From the NCBI RefSeq assembly GCF_006345805.1, contig NC_042997.1, positions 111,228,001 to 111,292,000 of the forward strand: a DNA stretch of 64,000 nucleotides, written 5' to 3'. This document shows, piece after piece, positions 1-12,507 of the stretch. Source of the DNA: Octopus sinensis (Eukaryota). A program made the position numbers and the translations under genes. The notes beneath the pieces were generated by a model that saw only the letters and a list, made by a program, of their open reading frames with translations, made no database searches and was not told the DNA's origin. The number at the start of each line of letters is the position of its first letter. The stretch's first letter is position 1.

Positions 1-154
1 CTAGGTGGACTCCTAATATGCTAGATGTAGATGCCATATGGTCTGACCACTAAGAAAAATTGTTCTCAAGGAATTTCGTTAAACGCCAGAATGTAAAGCG
101 AGCATGACAAATGAAAAGATACAAAATATAATAGCATATTAGGAGTCCACCTAG
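1..154. repeat. Inverted repeat (23-bp perfect arms, 108-bp spacer); possible MITE cut by the window edge
   Basis: ctaggtggactcctaatatgcta (1-23) is the exact reverse complement of 132-154. Confidence 0.75.
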
Positions 155-204
155 TGGTCATTCCTCTTATAGGTGTATGTGTGTTGTGTGTGTGTGTGTG
201 TGTG

Positions 205-430
205 TATCATAATCATCATCATCATCGTCATCGTTTAACATCCGCTTTCCAAGCTAGCATGGGTTGGACGGTTTGACCGGGGTCTGGGAAGCCAGGAGGC
301 TGCACCAGACTCCAGTCTGATCTGGCAATGTTTCTACAGCTGGATGCCCTTCATGACGCCAACCACTCTGAGAGTGTAGTAGGTGCATTTTACGTGCGAC
401 CAGCACAGGGGCCAGGGGTGGCTGGCAACG
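205..430 (-). mobile_element. RTE LINE 3' UTR fragment with (GAT)n tail
   Basis: Same catcatcgtttaacgtccgctttccatgctagcatgggttggacg terminus as the ORF-bearing RTE copies at 25.6-26.5 kb and 59-61.7 kb. Similar solo tails at 12800-13210, 16940-17600, 19270-19460, 40850-41135, 55850-56010. Confidence 0.8.
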
Positions 431-450
431 GCCACGATCAGTTGGTGCTT

Positions 451-481
<31 letters not shown>

Positions 482-488
482 GTGTGAA

Positions 489-620
489 GGGGCATGGCTC
501 AGTGATTAGAGCATTGAGCTTACGATCATAAGGTTGTGAGTTTGAATCCTAGACCGAGCTGCGTGTTGTGTTCTTGAGCAAGACACTTTATTTCACATTG
601 CTCCAGTTCACTCAGCCGAC
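489..620 (+). mobile_element. tRNA-derived SINE head with CORE-like domain
   Basis: A box tggctcagtg, B box gtttgaatcc, then gtgttcttgagcaagacacttta (CORE-like). Confidence 0.7.
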
Positions 621-704
621 AGGAGACGTCGATGTTTCCTAGGACTAAATGGCGGTGGTGCAATTCCCTTACGGGACTGTCACATTGAGTTGACAGTATA
701 CGAC

Positions 705-751
<47 letters not shown>

Positions 752-754
<3 letters not shown>

Positions 755-982
755 CTTTATTGCCCACAAGGGGGCTAAACACAGAGGAGACAAACAAGGA
801 CAGACAAAGGGATTAAGTTGATTACATTGACCCTAGTGTGTAACTGGTACTTATTTAATCGACCCTGGAAGTATGAAAGGCAATATCAACCTCGGTGGAA
901 TGTGAACTCAGAACGTAATACCAGATGAAATACTGCTAAGCATTTCGCCCAGCGTGCTAACATTTCTGCCAGCTCACCGCCA
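752..982 (-). mobile_element. tRNA-derived SINE, gcctttcatcc..gtcgat..aagtaccagt family (Meta/Sauria-like domain, from memory)
   Basis: tRNA-like head and tail ending aataaagaaa. Further copies at 10822-11030(-), 43980-44192(-), 56735-56965(+), 56970-57170(+). Confidence 0.8.
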
Positions 983-1358
983 TATATATACATATATATA
1001 AATTTATAAATATATATATATGTAAATGCGCGCGCGCACACACACACACATAAATATATATATAAATGGAGAGAGGGAGAGTTATAATTATGTGTGATCA
1101 CATGTGGCTGATTTTATTATGATAAAATTCTGTCTTCCTGTGGCAATTATTCTAGAGTTTCTAGAACACACGCACGCTTGCACATACAACTCACACACAC
1201 ACATACACACGTGCGTACACGTGCGCGCACGCATACACTACACACACACACACTCGTCTTACACCCACGCGAAACCTTGAACAGACATGTACGTACTCGC
1301 CCAAGAAGACATGTACCCCACAAAAAAAAATATACAAATACATGCGTATGTGTACACA

Positions 1359-1390
<32 letters not shown>

Positions 1391-2234
1391 TGTACACACG
1401 TACACACACACACAGAGGAGCTCACATCAAAGCATGTGCAGTCACTCAACTGAAGAAGAAAGAAATGAACCGACAAATTCCACCATATGTTTGTCTGTAC
1501 AATGTATCACTACATTTGTCATCTCCTCCTCCTCCTCTCACCCTCCTCTTCCTTCTCACCCCCCTCCTTCTCCTCTTCACACCCCTATCTTCCTCCTCTC
1601 CATCCTTCTCTGCTTCTTGGCTTTTTTTTCTTCTCCTTTTCTTCGATTTCTCCTCCTTTTCCTCACCTCCCATTCTCCTCCCTCTTTCCCTCCTCCTCCT
1701 CATCCTTTCCTCTTTTGCCTCCCCCTCCATATCCTCTCCTTATCCTCCCGTCCTTATCTCCTCTTCTCCTCCCGCTCTCTTCTTGTATAATGCAAAAAAC
1801 ACTCAAATCTTCCAGAGTACAATTCCGTCAATCCACCAAGCACACACAACATCTGGGTAATGCTGGATTATCCCATATGCCGGTGTATTGAAATTTAGTC
1901 TTCACCATCTCCTTGCAAAACCTTTACCCTTAAGAATACACAATTACATCACTAAGAAAGGGTCGTAAACCTATCTTCAAAGCCCTAAGCTTTTTGATTT
2001 CTCTGTCAAATTGAAAGCTTATTGATTCGCATTGTTAGAATAAGTACCAGACCTTAAAATGAGTGCTGGATTCAATTTGATCGACTAAAACTCGTTAATG
2101 TACTGCCCCGGCATAATTTTAGGTCAGTTACTGGAACAAATTCCACTCACACACACATATACACATGCGGACGCATGTGTATGTGTACTTTTTTTTTTTG
2201 TGGGGTAACAAGGCAACCGTTAGCTTCAGGCCAA

Positions 2235-2356
2235 GAATTCTCAACAATTATCAAACCTGCCACATGAGACGTTGGTACCCGTCTCAATCTTGATATTGTC
2301 ATCCAAGATTAAGTCCCAATGTCCTCTGTGGCAGGTTAGATAATTGCAGAGAATTC
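2235..2356. repeat. 122-nt imperfect hairpin
   Basis: caattatcaaacctgccaca (2245-2264) pairs 19/20 with tgtggcaggttagataattg (2327-2346); outer gaattctc/gagaattc and inner aatcttg/caagatt stems. Confidence 0.75.
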
Positions 2357-2951
2357 CCAGCATGAAACTAACAGTTGCCTTGTTAACCCACAAATAAATA
2401 ATATTTATCCAACAATGTGGTGTTAAGCACTCATTCTCACTGTTTGATCTCAGTGTATACATACATACATACATACACACACACTCACACATACATGCAT
2501 ACATACATACATACACCTCCCCCCACACACACATGCACACACACATATAAACAAAACTGAACACACATATAAAAGGCATGTGTGTTGTTAGTTTGTGGCT
2601 CGGCTGTGGTTTTTAGGCGTAAGAGAATATATTCTCTGTGTGCCAGGTGTAAATAAAACACCTGAAAATACATCATAGTCAAGCAAGACAACTCACATCA
2701 GGTCCCTTCTGGGAATGACGGACACCTGTGTTTCATCATTGTTGTAACTTATCAATGTTGCAAGCCATATTGCCGACTACAACTGTATGCTAAACACCAT
2801 CTGCTGGCATGCCCCAGCGTTTCATGCCATGGGAAAAATTCAACTTTGAATTAGAAGCAGCTCAAAGTATATAAACAAAATTGGACACACAGACACAAGG
2901 AATGTGTGTTGTTTGTTAGTTCATGGGTTAGCTTTGGTTTTTAGGCGTAAG

Positions 2952-3553
2952 CAGGGCCGTCGCTAAGCCCCTGCAACCCCTGCAGTCATTGGGGGCCTCC
3001 GCAGTTGAGGGTCCCATGTTAAGATCAAAGTACGTAGATGAGTCATCTATTTTCTTTGGTTAAGATGCTGAACAAGAATTAAACTAGGCTAACTGAAAAT
3101 TTCAAGAAATAAAATGGTAATACATTGTACCTGTTAAAGTTTTTGCAAAAATATAACATTGTACCACGAATGTGTACCAGACTTTGTGGATTGTCTATGA
3201 TATCAATTGAACACAAACTTAGCTCTCAGCTTGATTATTCTGAACTGATTGATGATTTCCCGAAGCAAAAAGTGAACCGTGTTTGTCTTTGAAAGTTGCT
3301 TGGATTATAAAAGTGCTCTTTTATTCATATCTGGAAGTTTTAATTATTGAAATTTGTAATAGTTCTAAATAAATTTAACTTGTATTTTTAAAGATGTTCT
3401 TTAGGATAACATGAAATATTGAACTTCAGATAGAATAAAGTAAAATATAGCTATGAATAAAAGGTGTGTAGATTATGAATTTTGATTGACGGGATGGTGC
3501 CTTGAAACGGAAAGTTGCAGGGGCCTCTCTCTAAAAGTCATGCGACGGAGCTA
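2952..3553. mobile_element. Non-autonomous hAT-like DNA transposon (602 bp)
   Basis: Imperfect TIRs cagggccgtcgc / gcgacggagcta (9/12); 8-bp TSD ggcgtaag (2944-2951) / ggcataag (3554-3561); sub-terminal cccctgcaac/gttgcagggg. Confidence 0.75.
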
Positions 3554-4042
3554 GGCATAAGGGAATATATTTTCTGTGTGAGTTGTCTCGCTTGACAATG
3601 ACTTACATTCGGGTGTTTTTTACACGAGGCACATAGAGAATATATTCTCAGTCCCACTGTGTGGTATCTTCGGCAAAGTATCTCCTGGGACTGATCAAAG
3701 CCTTGTGAGTGGATTTGGTGGACGAAACCAGTCGTATATATGCGTCTGTGTGTGTGTTTGTGTTGTGTTTTTCCACCACCCCCACTCGACCGCTGCTTTA
3801 TGTCCCTTTAGCCTAGTGGTTCAGCAAAAATGACTTTAAGAAATAAGTCTTGGGGTCATTTCGCTCGACTAAAATGTTTCAATGCGGTGCCCCAGCATGG
3901 GCGCAGTCTAATGACTGAAACAAGTAAAAGATGAAAGATACACACACATAAATATATATACATACATATATACATACACACATACATGCATCCATCCATA
4001 CATACATGCACACACACACACATGCATACCTACATACATACA

Positions 4043-4109
<67 letters not shown>

Positions 4110-5084
4110 AAAGGAGGATAATAAATTAAAAAGCTAAACAGAACCTGTAACAGTGCAGAGAAGAAAGTTGAAATTTTTTGTGTATTTCATGTAAAAGCAC
4201 ATCTTTAGAATTGTGTGTGTGTGTGCGCGTGCATGTGTGCATATGTGTGTGTGTGTGTGTATGTGTGTGTTCATATATATATGTATATAAATTTTTTTTC
4301 TAAAAGTAGACAAACACAGGTATGGCTGCATGGTAATAAGTCTGCTTTCCAACCACATAGTTCCAAGTTCCATCCCACTACGTATGGCCCTGTGACGACC
4401 AAAACTTTGTGAGTGGATTTGATAAACTGAAACTCAAAAAAATCCATTGTATGTGTGCGCGTGTGCGTGTGTATGTGTGCGCGTGTGCATGTGTGTGCGT
4501 GAGTGTGCATGTGTGTGTGAGCGTATCTTTGTGTTTGTGCTTGTCCCCACCACCACCACCACTTGACAATTGATGCTGGTTTGTTTACATCCCCGTAATC
4601 AGTGGTTGTTCAGCCAAAGAAATTGATGGACTTAGCACCAAGCTTGAAAAAATATGTTTTCGGGTCGATTCTTTCAACTAAAAGCCTTTCCAGACTGAAC
4701 CTCCAGCATGGCCACAGTCCCATGACTGAGACAAGTAAAAAAAGAAAACAAACAAACAAAGAAGCAATACTACAAACGTTGGAATCAGAAGAACAAAGGC
4801 GACATCGGGATCAGAAGCAGCTTAATGATGGCAGCTGTTATATCATACCTGCTATGTGTTCATTCTACTGGCAGAAATTGTGATCAATGCTTCTTACCAA
4901 ATAAATGCTTTTAAAATAACAATTCTGAAATATAATCAGTTTTGTTCGGTTTAGTGGAAAGAAACACTTAGAAAAATTTTGAATGAAACATCTTAGGTTA
5001 AAGCGTCCATGTTGGTTTTTGTGTTTGTCAATGTCTATAGTTTTACTAAAAGCTCATATATATGTCAGTAAATTAGTACATTGT

Positions 5085-5325
5085 TGAGGCGCGTGGCTTA
5101 GTGGTTAGGGTGTCAGCATCATGATAGTAAGATTGTGGTTTCAATTCCTTGACTGGGCAACGCGTTGTGTTCTTGAGCAAAACACTTGATTTCATGTTGC
5201 TCCAGTCCACTCAGCTGGCAAAAATGAGTAACACTGCGATGGACTGGCATCCCATCAAGCTGGGGAACACATACGCCATTGAAACCGAGAAACTGGGCCC
5301 ATGAGCCTAGCTAGGCTTTAAAAGT
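5085..5325 (+). mobile_element. tRNA-SINE: CORE-like middle + V-domain-like 3' module
   Basis: Head gaggcgcgtggcttagtggttagg; gttgtgttcttgagcaaaacact; then gcgatggactggcatccc (V-SINE-like motif). Confidence 0.75.
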
Positions 5326-5354
5326 GCACATTTTTTTTTTTTAATTAGTACATT

Positions 5355-5597
5355 AAACTGGCACTCCATTGGTTACAACAATGAGTGTTTCAGTTTATCC
5401 GGTCAATGGAACACGCTGCTCATGAAATTAACGTGCAAGTGACTGGGTGCTCCACAGGGTCACATACCTCAATGTGGTTCTCAGGGGGATTCAGCGTGAC
5501 ACAGAAAATGATAAGGCTAGCCCCTTTGAAATACAGGTACTACTCATTTTTGCCAGCCAAATGGACTGGTGTGACATGAAGTAAGCCACGTGCCTTC
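5355..5597 (-). mobile_element. tRNA-SINE, internally deleted: CORE-type middle + cacttgcacgttaatttca 3' module
   Basis: Middle matches the 5085 copy; 3' module matches the 32276 copy. Confidence 0.7.
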
Positions 5598-5649
5598 ACA
5601 TTAGTACATTATATGTTTGTTATAATACTTCAGTACCCAGACAGCTATT

Positions 5650-6030
5650 TGTATGGCAAGCACATGCAGGGCTCTCGCAAACAAGGGAGGCCTAAACTGA
5701 GGTACAAACACACTCTGGAAAGTAACCTCAAATGGAGCAGCATTAGACCATGCAAACTCGAAGCCTCTACTGCAGACAGACCAGCATGATGGTTTCTTAC
5801 CTCACGAGCAGCTGTTGCTTTCGAAGAGGACTGGCGACAGCATCTCAATGCTACAAGAGAAAGACGTTCCAGCACTGCGTCTGCCTCAGTTCAGTCAACA
5901 GACTATCATTGTGACATCTGTGAGCAACTGTGTGCTTCCAGCTTTGGACTGCGGAATCACAAGTGCTCTCATCACTGAGAACACAGACTTCATTGTCATC
6001 AGACACCGATGGAATATCTATTATTCTTCA
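5650..6030 (+). mobile_element. RTE (BovB-like) LINE 3' end, decayed ORF C-terminus
   Basis: YGKHMQGSRKQGRPKLRYKHTLESNLK...ADRPA*W...YHCDICEQLCASSFGLRNHKCSH; G-R-P-K-L-R-Y-K motif and C-terminal Cys/His finger typical of RTE; in-frame stop. Confidence 0.8.
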
Positions 6031-6704
6031 GTTAGCAGTAGGCAACCATCATTACAGTACAATTTCATAGCATTAATTTTCCGAATTTATGGAAAGGTTC
6101 ATGCTAGCGGAAACACAAGATTCTTTAGCTTTGAACATAGCTGGCACCAGAAAACGAACTGGAAAATTGTAAATAGAACCAATTTCACAGTTTATGATGC
6201 TGAACAAATGTCACTGCCTGTGTGAATATCTATGTATATGTATAACAGTGAATACGAATGCATATTTCAGCATGTATATGTGTGAATGTGGATGTCTCTT
6301 GTATAAGCAGTGACTTTTAAATGCCACTGAGTTAATATTACACAAGTATTTTGTTCTCTTACCACAGCAATATAGTATGTACATTAATAATATAATTGCA
6401 GAAACACACAAAGATTATTAATGACACTTAAGCATTTATTTCATATCAAAATTTTCGATGCGCCATCTGCAACCTGGGCACTGACTCAGGTTGTTCTTTT
6501 TACGTCTTTTTATCTTTTGTTTCAGTCATGAAACTGCGGCCATGCTAGGGCACTGCCTTAAAGAATTCTAAGTCAAACGAATCTACCCCAGTACTTTTTT
6601 TAAAGATTGGTAAGTCACGAGGACATCAAAAGACCAACATCGTTTGTCAAATGGAAGCGGGGGACAAACACACACACAGACATATATTTATACTCTTACT
6701 CTCT

Positions 6705-6913
6705 CTTACTCTTTTACTTGTTTCAGTCGTTTGACTGCGGCCATGCTGGAGCACCACCTTTAGTCGAGCAAATCGATCCTGGGACTCATTCTTTGTAAGC
6801 CCAGTACTTATTCTATTGGTCTCTTTTACCAAACCGCTAAGTGACAGGGACATAAACACACCAGCAACGGTTGTCAAGCAATGCTAGGGGGACAAACACA
6901 GACACACAAACAT

Positions 6914-6948
<35 letters not shown>

Positions 6949-7118
6949 CATATATACGACAGGCTTCTTTCAGTTTCCGTCTACCAAATCCACTCACAAG
7001 GCATTGGTCGGCCCGAGGCTATAGCAGAAGACACTTGCCCAAGATGCCACGCAGTGGGACTGAACCCGGAACAATGTGGTTGGTGAGCAAGCTACTTACC
7101 ACACAGTCACTCCTGTGC
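6705..7118 (-). mobile_element. Full-length CORE-type tRNA-SINE (dominant family, about 400 bp, central microsatellite)
   Basis: tRNA-like head, caccttgggcaagtgtctt CORE-like motif, tail ggtgctccagcatggccgcagtcaaa..tgaaacaagtaaaagag. More than 20 full or partial copies, e.g. 3650-3940, 10290-10580, 13597-14040, 15838-16218, 30840-31150, 35800-36215, 43125-43600, 46355-46743, 47305-47710, 51690-52015, 55160-55570. Confidence 0.9.
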
Positions 7119-7997
7119 CTATATGATGGGGTTCTTTCAGTTTCTGACCACCAAATCCACTCACAAAGCTTTGGTTGGCTCGAGGTTATAGTAGAAGACA
7201 CTCACTCAAGGTGCTATGCAGTGGGACTGAACCCGGAAGCATTTGGTTGGAAAGAAAGTTCTTATCACATAGCCATGCCTGTTGGTTAGCATATACACGT
7301 TTCCATGTTTTTATGACTGGTGTAACGAAAGTCTTGATGCCAAATAATAAATGATTAAGTAAAGTTAACCATTTTTGTGTGATTTTGAATAGCTATGTGT
7401 ACCTTCCACGAAGGAAAAGTTTTAATTTCAGATTTTTTACATGGGGCCAGCACCAAAGCTTTTTACATGGCACCAGTACTGTATCCCTTAATACTGGACT
7501 TAGTAGTTTGGTTGTTGGGTCCTGATTATAAGGTTGGGGTTCAATTCCTAGACACTGCGTTTTATTCTTGAGCAAGGAACTTCGTTTCACACTTCCCCAA
7601 TCAAAACAGAAGCTTCATGTCAATATTCAAGATAGAAAAGAAACCACGTGGTTTAAAAGCTTACTTTTCAATCATGTGGTTTTGGGTTCTGTCCTACTTG
7701 ACTGCAATTTGGGCAAGGCATTTTCTAAAAATGTTTCAGGCTGACCAATGCCTTGTATGTGGATATAGTATATGGAAATTGTGTGGAAGCTCATCCTCTG
7801 CATGTATATATATATATATATATATACATGTATACGATGGGCTTCTTTCAGTTTCCATCTACCAAATCCACTCACAAGGCTTTGGTCGGCTCAAAGCTAT
7901 AGTAGAAAGCACTTGCCCAAGGTGCCATGTAGTGGGACTGAACCCAGAATCATGAGGTTGGTAAGCAAGCTACTTACCACACAGCCACCCCTATGCC

Positions 7998-8056
<59 letters not shown>

Positions 8057-8238
8057 CAAAATAAGAAAATGGAGGAATAGATTTCTTTCAATCATTAACT
8101 TCCAGATAATACCAATTCATATAATTTATTAACTAATTATTTATATAAAATAGGAACATCCAAATCCAACAGAATAATACAGAATAAAACAATATACATC
8201 AAGTAAGATAATACCATAAGGATAATACATATAAAATG

Positions 8239-8367
8239 GATCTTACAGCTGTTTCAGCCCATAGATAAGAGTATCTCATTATGCCCATATTAGTCAGATG
8301 TATTGAGGTAATATGCAGTTAAAAATGAGTTACTTATATATATATCTCAAGGCCTCGTCAGAGATTA
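8239..8367 (-). ncRNA. Type I hammerhead ribozyme motif with long loop II (PLE pLTR-type)
   Basis: Minus strand: atct-CTGACGA-ggcc-[about 91 nt]-ggct-GAAAC-AGCT-GTA-agat; all core nucleotides present. Confidence 0.6.
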
Positions 8368-10240
8368 TAAAGTACAATTATAAAGATATAAAAGGAAGAT
8401 ATAAAATGCAAATATGAATATTCAAGAAGGTACACATATACAAGAATATGCATATATACACATACATATACATATAAGTGTATATACACCTACATATACA
8501 TATATATAAGTATATACATAATAATATACATACACATAAGGTTACAGTTAATCAGATCTATATACTGGAATATACATACATATATATATATATCCACATC
8601 AAAGTGTCCATATACAAAGTCCAAAGTTCATTGTATTACATTACTAAAAACTATTAATATCATTATTATTATTATTAAGAATACCAATAAAGGAATATGT
8701 GCATTCTGCTATTCACAATACATAGTAGATGGAAAATACCACTTAAAATATAGCATATGTATATATGTATATATGTGTATGTGTGTGTGTGTGTGTGTGT
8801 GTGTTTTTGTTTTGTTCCTTCCCCATCACTGGACAACCGGTGTTGCTTTGCTTCCCTCTTTATTACTAGCGGTTAGGCAAAAGAAACAGATAAGATGATA
8901 ACCAGCTTTTTAAAAAGTAAGTACTGAGGAGCCGATTTGTTTTGCTAAAGCTCTCCAAGGCCATGCTGTAGCATGGCCGTAGTCTAATGAATGAAACAAG
9001 TCAAGGATAAAAAATACAAGATGAACTGAGCTATTCATTTCCTGAACAATGCTGGGTATCCTCGTCGTATATATGCAAGGGTATGTGTTGTGTGTGTGTG
9101 TGTGTGTGTGTATTGTACTGATATATATATGTGTGTGTTTCTTCGGCAATAGTGTGTATTCTGGAAATGCATTTATGTTTGAGTGTGTATGTGTGTGTTT
9201 GTGTGTATATGTGTGAATGTGTGTGTGTGTGTGTGAGTGTGTTTGCGAGTGTGTGTAAGTGTGTGTGTGTGTTTGTGTGCATGTGTGTGTATGTATGAGT
9301 GTGCATGTGTTTGTGAGTGTGTGTGTGAGTGTGTGTGTGTGTGTTTGTGTGTATGTGTGTGAATGTGTGTGTGTGTGTGTGAATGTACATAGCACAAATA
9401 CATATGTCTCTACTTCTGACTAAGATGCAAGTCGATGACTAATATCTCGGCAAACATTGGAGCCAATCGTCTGGCATTACACAGAGAAAATGTCTCAACA
9501 ACCGCCATGTTTTATTTTTCGCTTGTGTGTTTTTTCTGTTCTTTTTTTTTGTTTATTTTTATTCTCCCTCCATCCCCCCCCCCTGCCCCCCGAAGGCAAA
9601 CATCGATGATGTAACAACATTTGAAACACATCAACAATCATATCAATCAGTCTGAAAAAGGAAAATTAAAACAAACACTTAAATCTTTAACCAAACGTGG
9701 ATGATTGAGAGAACGACGACGATGTCTTTCCTAAGCCTGAAACCACTCAAAGACTGAGTTTATTAATAGTAATGATCGGTTGGTTAAGGTTAGTGGGGGT
9801 GAGAGTGGCAGTGTGGGGTGGCAAGGGTGGTGGTTGATTGGTGGATTGGCCGATTGGTTTCTTAATTGGTAGAATGGAAGGTTGGTGAGTTAGTTGGTTA
9901 TAGTTAGTGGTGGTGGGGTTATGGTTTGGCCAGCTGGTTTATTGGGTGCTTGGTTGGTCAATTGGTAGATTAGTTGCCTGTTTTATTGGGTTTTTAAAAA
10001 ACGTTTACCCTTTTTTTTTATCCAATTTTGTTGTATTTTACTAACATGAATCTCATTCTTTTTATTCCTAAATTCATTTATGCATATATTCACACGCACA
10101 TACACACATACACACACACATACATGCATACAAACACACACATGCACACACACAAATGCATTTCCAGAATATACACTACTGCCCAGGAAATACATATGTA
10201 TATCTGTACAATACACACACACACACACACACACATACAC

Positions 10241-10276
<36 letters not shown>

Positions 10277-11259
10277 TATGTCCCCACATGTTTTATCTTT
10301 TACTCGTTTCAGTCATTAGACTGCGGTCATGCTGGTGCACTGCCTTGAAGGAATCAGCCCCAGGACTCACTATTAAGCCTGATACTTATTCTATCACTGA
10401 AACACCAAGTTATAGGGATGTAAACACACCAACACCGGTTGTCAACGGGGGGGGGGGAACATGCACATATATACAACAGGCTTCTTTCAGTTTCCATGTA
10501 CTTGCCTAAGTTACCAGACAGTGGCACTGAACCTGGAACCATGTGGTTAGCAAGCAAACATCTTACCCCAAAACCACAGTTCTGTCTATACAGAGATATG
10601 CAAACACGCATCAGTATATTTCTTCTTTCTCTTCCTCATTTTTTTCTTTTTAAATTTTCATTCATTCCATTCTACTCTTTCTCATTTCCCCCTTCCTTCC
10701 ATCAGGTACTTTTTCTTCACTAATTTCTTCCTCTTTTTCCTTCCTTTAATCTTGTATCGTTCATTGCTTCCTTCTCTCATTTTCCTAGTTTTTCTTCCAA
10801 ATTTTCATTCACATCCTATTTCTTTACTACCCACAAGGGGCTAAACACAGGAGAGGACAAACAAGGACAGACAAACGGATTAAGTCGATTATAACTGGTA
10901 CTTATTTAATTGACCCCGAAAGGATGAAAGGCAAAGTTGACCTTGGCGGAATTTGAACTCAGAACGTAGCGGCAGACAAAATACCGCTGAGCATTTCGCC
11001 CGGCGTACTAATGTTTCTGCCAGCTCGCCACCTTATATTTTCATTCACATCCTTCTTTTAACTCCTTTGTTTCTCTTTTTTTCTTTCTTACTTTATTCTC
11101 CCCTCACTCCTTCTCCAAGCACACACGTTTTCTTTCCATGTCTCTACCCGACTCCCTTTCTCTCTCCATATACTCTACTCTTTCTCCCTACTCTCTTTCT
11201 CTCTCTCTCTCACCATCTCTATATTTCTCCTCTCTCTTTCCTGATCTTCAACTCTCTTG

Positions 11260-11296
<37 letters not shown>

Positions 11297-12469
11297 CCAT
11301 CCTTCTCATCTCCTCATTAATTCACATGTCTTTTAGTAAACATCTTTTCCAACATTTCAAAATTCACTGCAGCCATTGCACAGAGCAAATAAAAAACTGC
11401 ACGCACACGTCCGCACACACACACACACACAGTTCTACATATGCACACATATATATACACATACACACATCTTCAGAATTACAGAAGCAGTCAAACACCA
11501 GTATATTCACACACATAAACACACATCTATACACATGCCAACATACATATATAATAAACACACACATATACACATGTATGCACTATGTCCATATATGTCC
11601 CATTCTTTACCAATTAAACTCTTTCATTATTAATTACCCCAGAAAGAAAGATTAATTAACACACTGATTACATTGCAATGACTCTTTTCTCATTGTCATT
11701 TCATCTATCCTACTTTCTCTCCCTCTTCCCCCTCTCTCTATATATATATATATGTATACATTTAGGTATGCATATGTGTATGAGTGTGTATGTGTGTGCA
11801 TGTGTGTATGCGTGTTTCTCTCTCTCTCTCTCTTTATATATATATATCACGTGATTATATGATCGACCAGACTATCGGATGATATTATACATCGCTGATC
11901 ACAATGCGCTTTTCATCGTTTAAACTTTTGAATGGTGCCATCCCGCTGGCTAGGCAAGCAGGCCCACATTCTCCTTGACCAGAAGGCTATTTCGTCACAC
12001 GGTTACCTATTTACAACCTAGTGAACTGGAACAACGGGAAATGAAGTATCTTGTTCAAAACCATAATGCAGAGCCCTGTCCAGGAATGGAACCTACAGCC
12101 TAGAAATTGTAAGTGTAACACCCTATATATGTATGTATGTATATATATATATATATAAAATACAAAATGGGACAAGAACGCAAAACAACCGGACAACTAG
12201 GTGATACAAAAAGGGACAACAAAACATCCAGATAGACGATACAAAAAAACAAGGATGGATCATTCGAAGCTTTCTATCCTCAGTCAAGAACCAGATCATC
12301 CTCACAATTTTGGCTGATTAATCTTGAGATTGCTGCAATCTGGCCAGCCCCAAGGAAAAACTAAGCTAAGAGCACTAGATTCCTTGGAAGAAAGCATCGA
12401 ATGTATACGAAAACAAGGACAGGAAAACAGACAATGTTACACAAATATAAATACAAAATACAATGAAAA

Positions 12470-12507
<38 letters not shown>

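Noticed and set aside
9780-9980. G/T-rich tract resembling telomeric repeat
   Set aside because: No tandem TTAGGG units; it is degenerate (GGTT)n low-complexity sequence.
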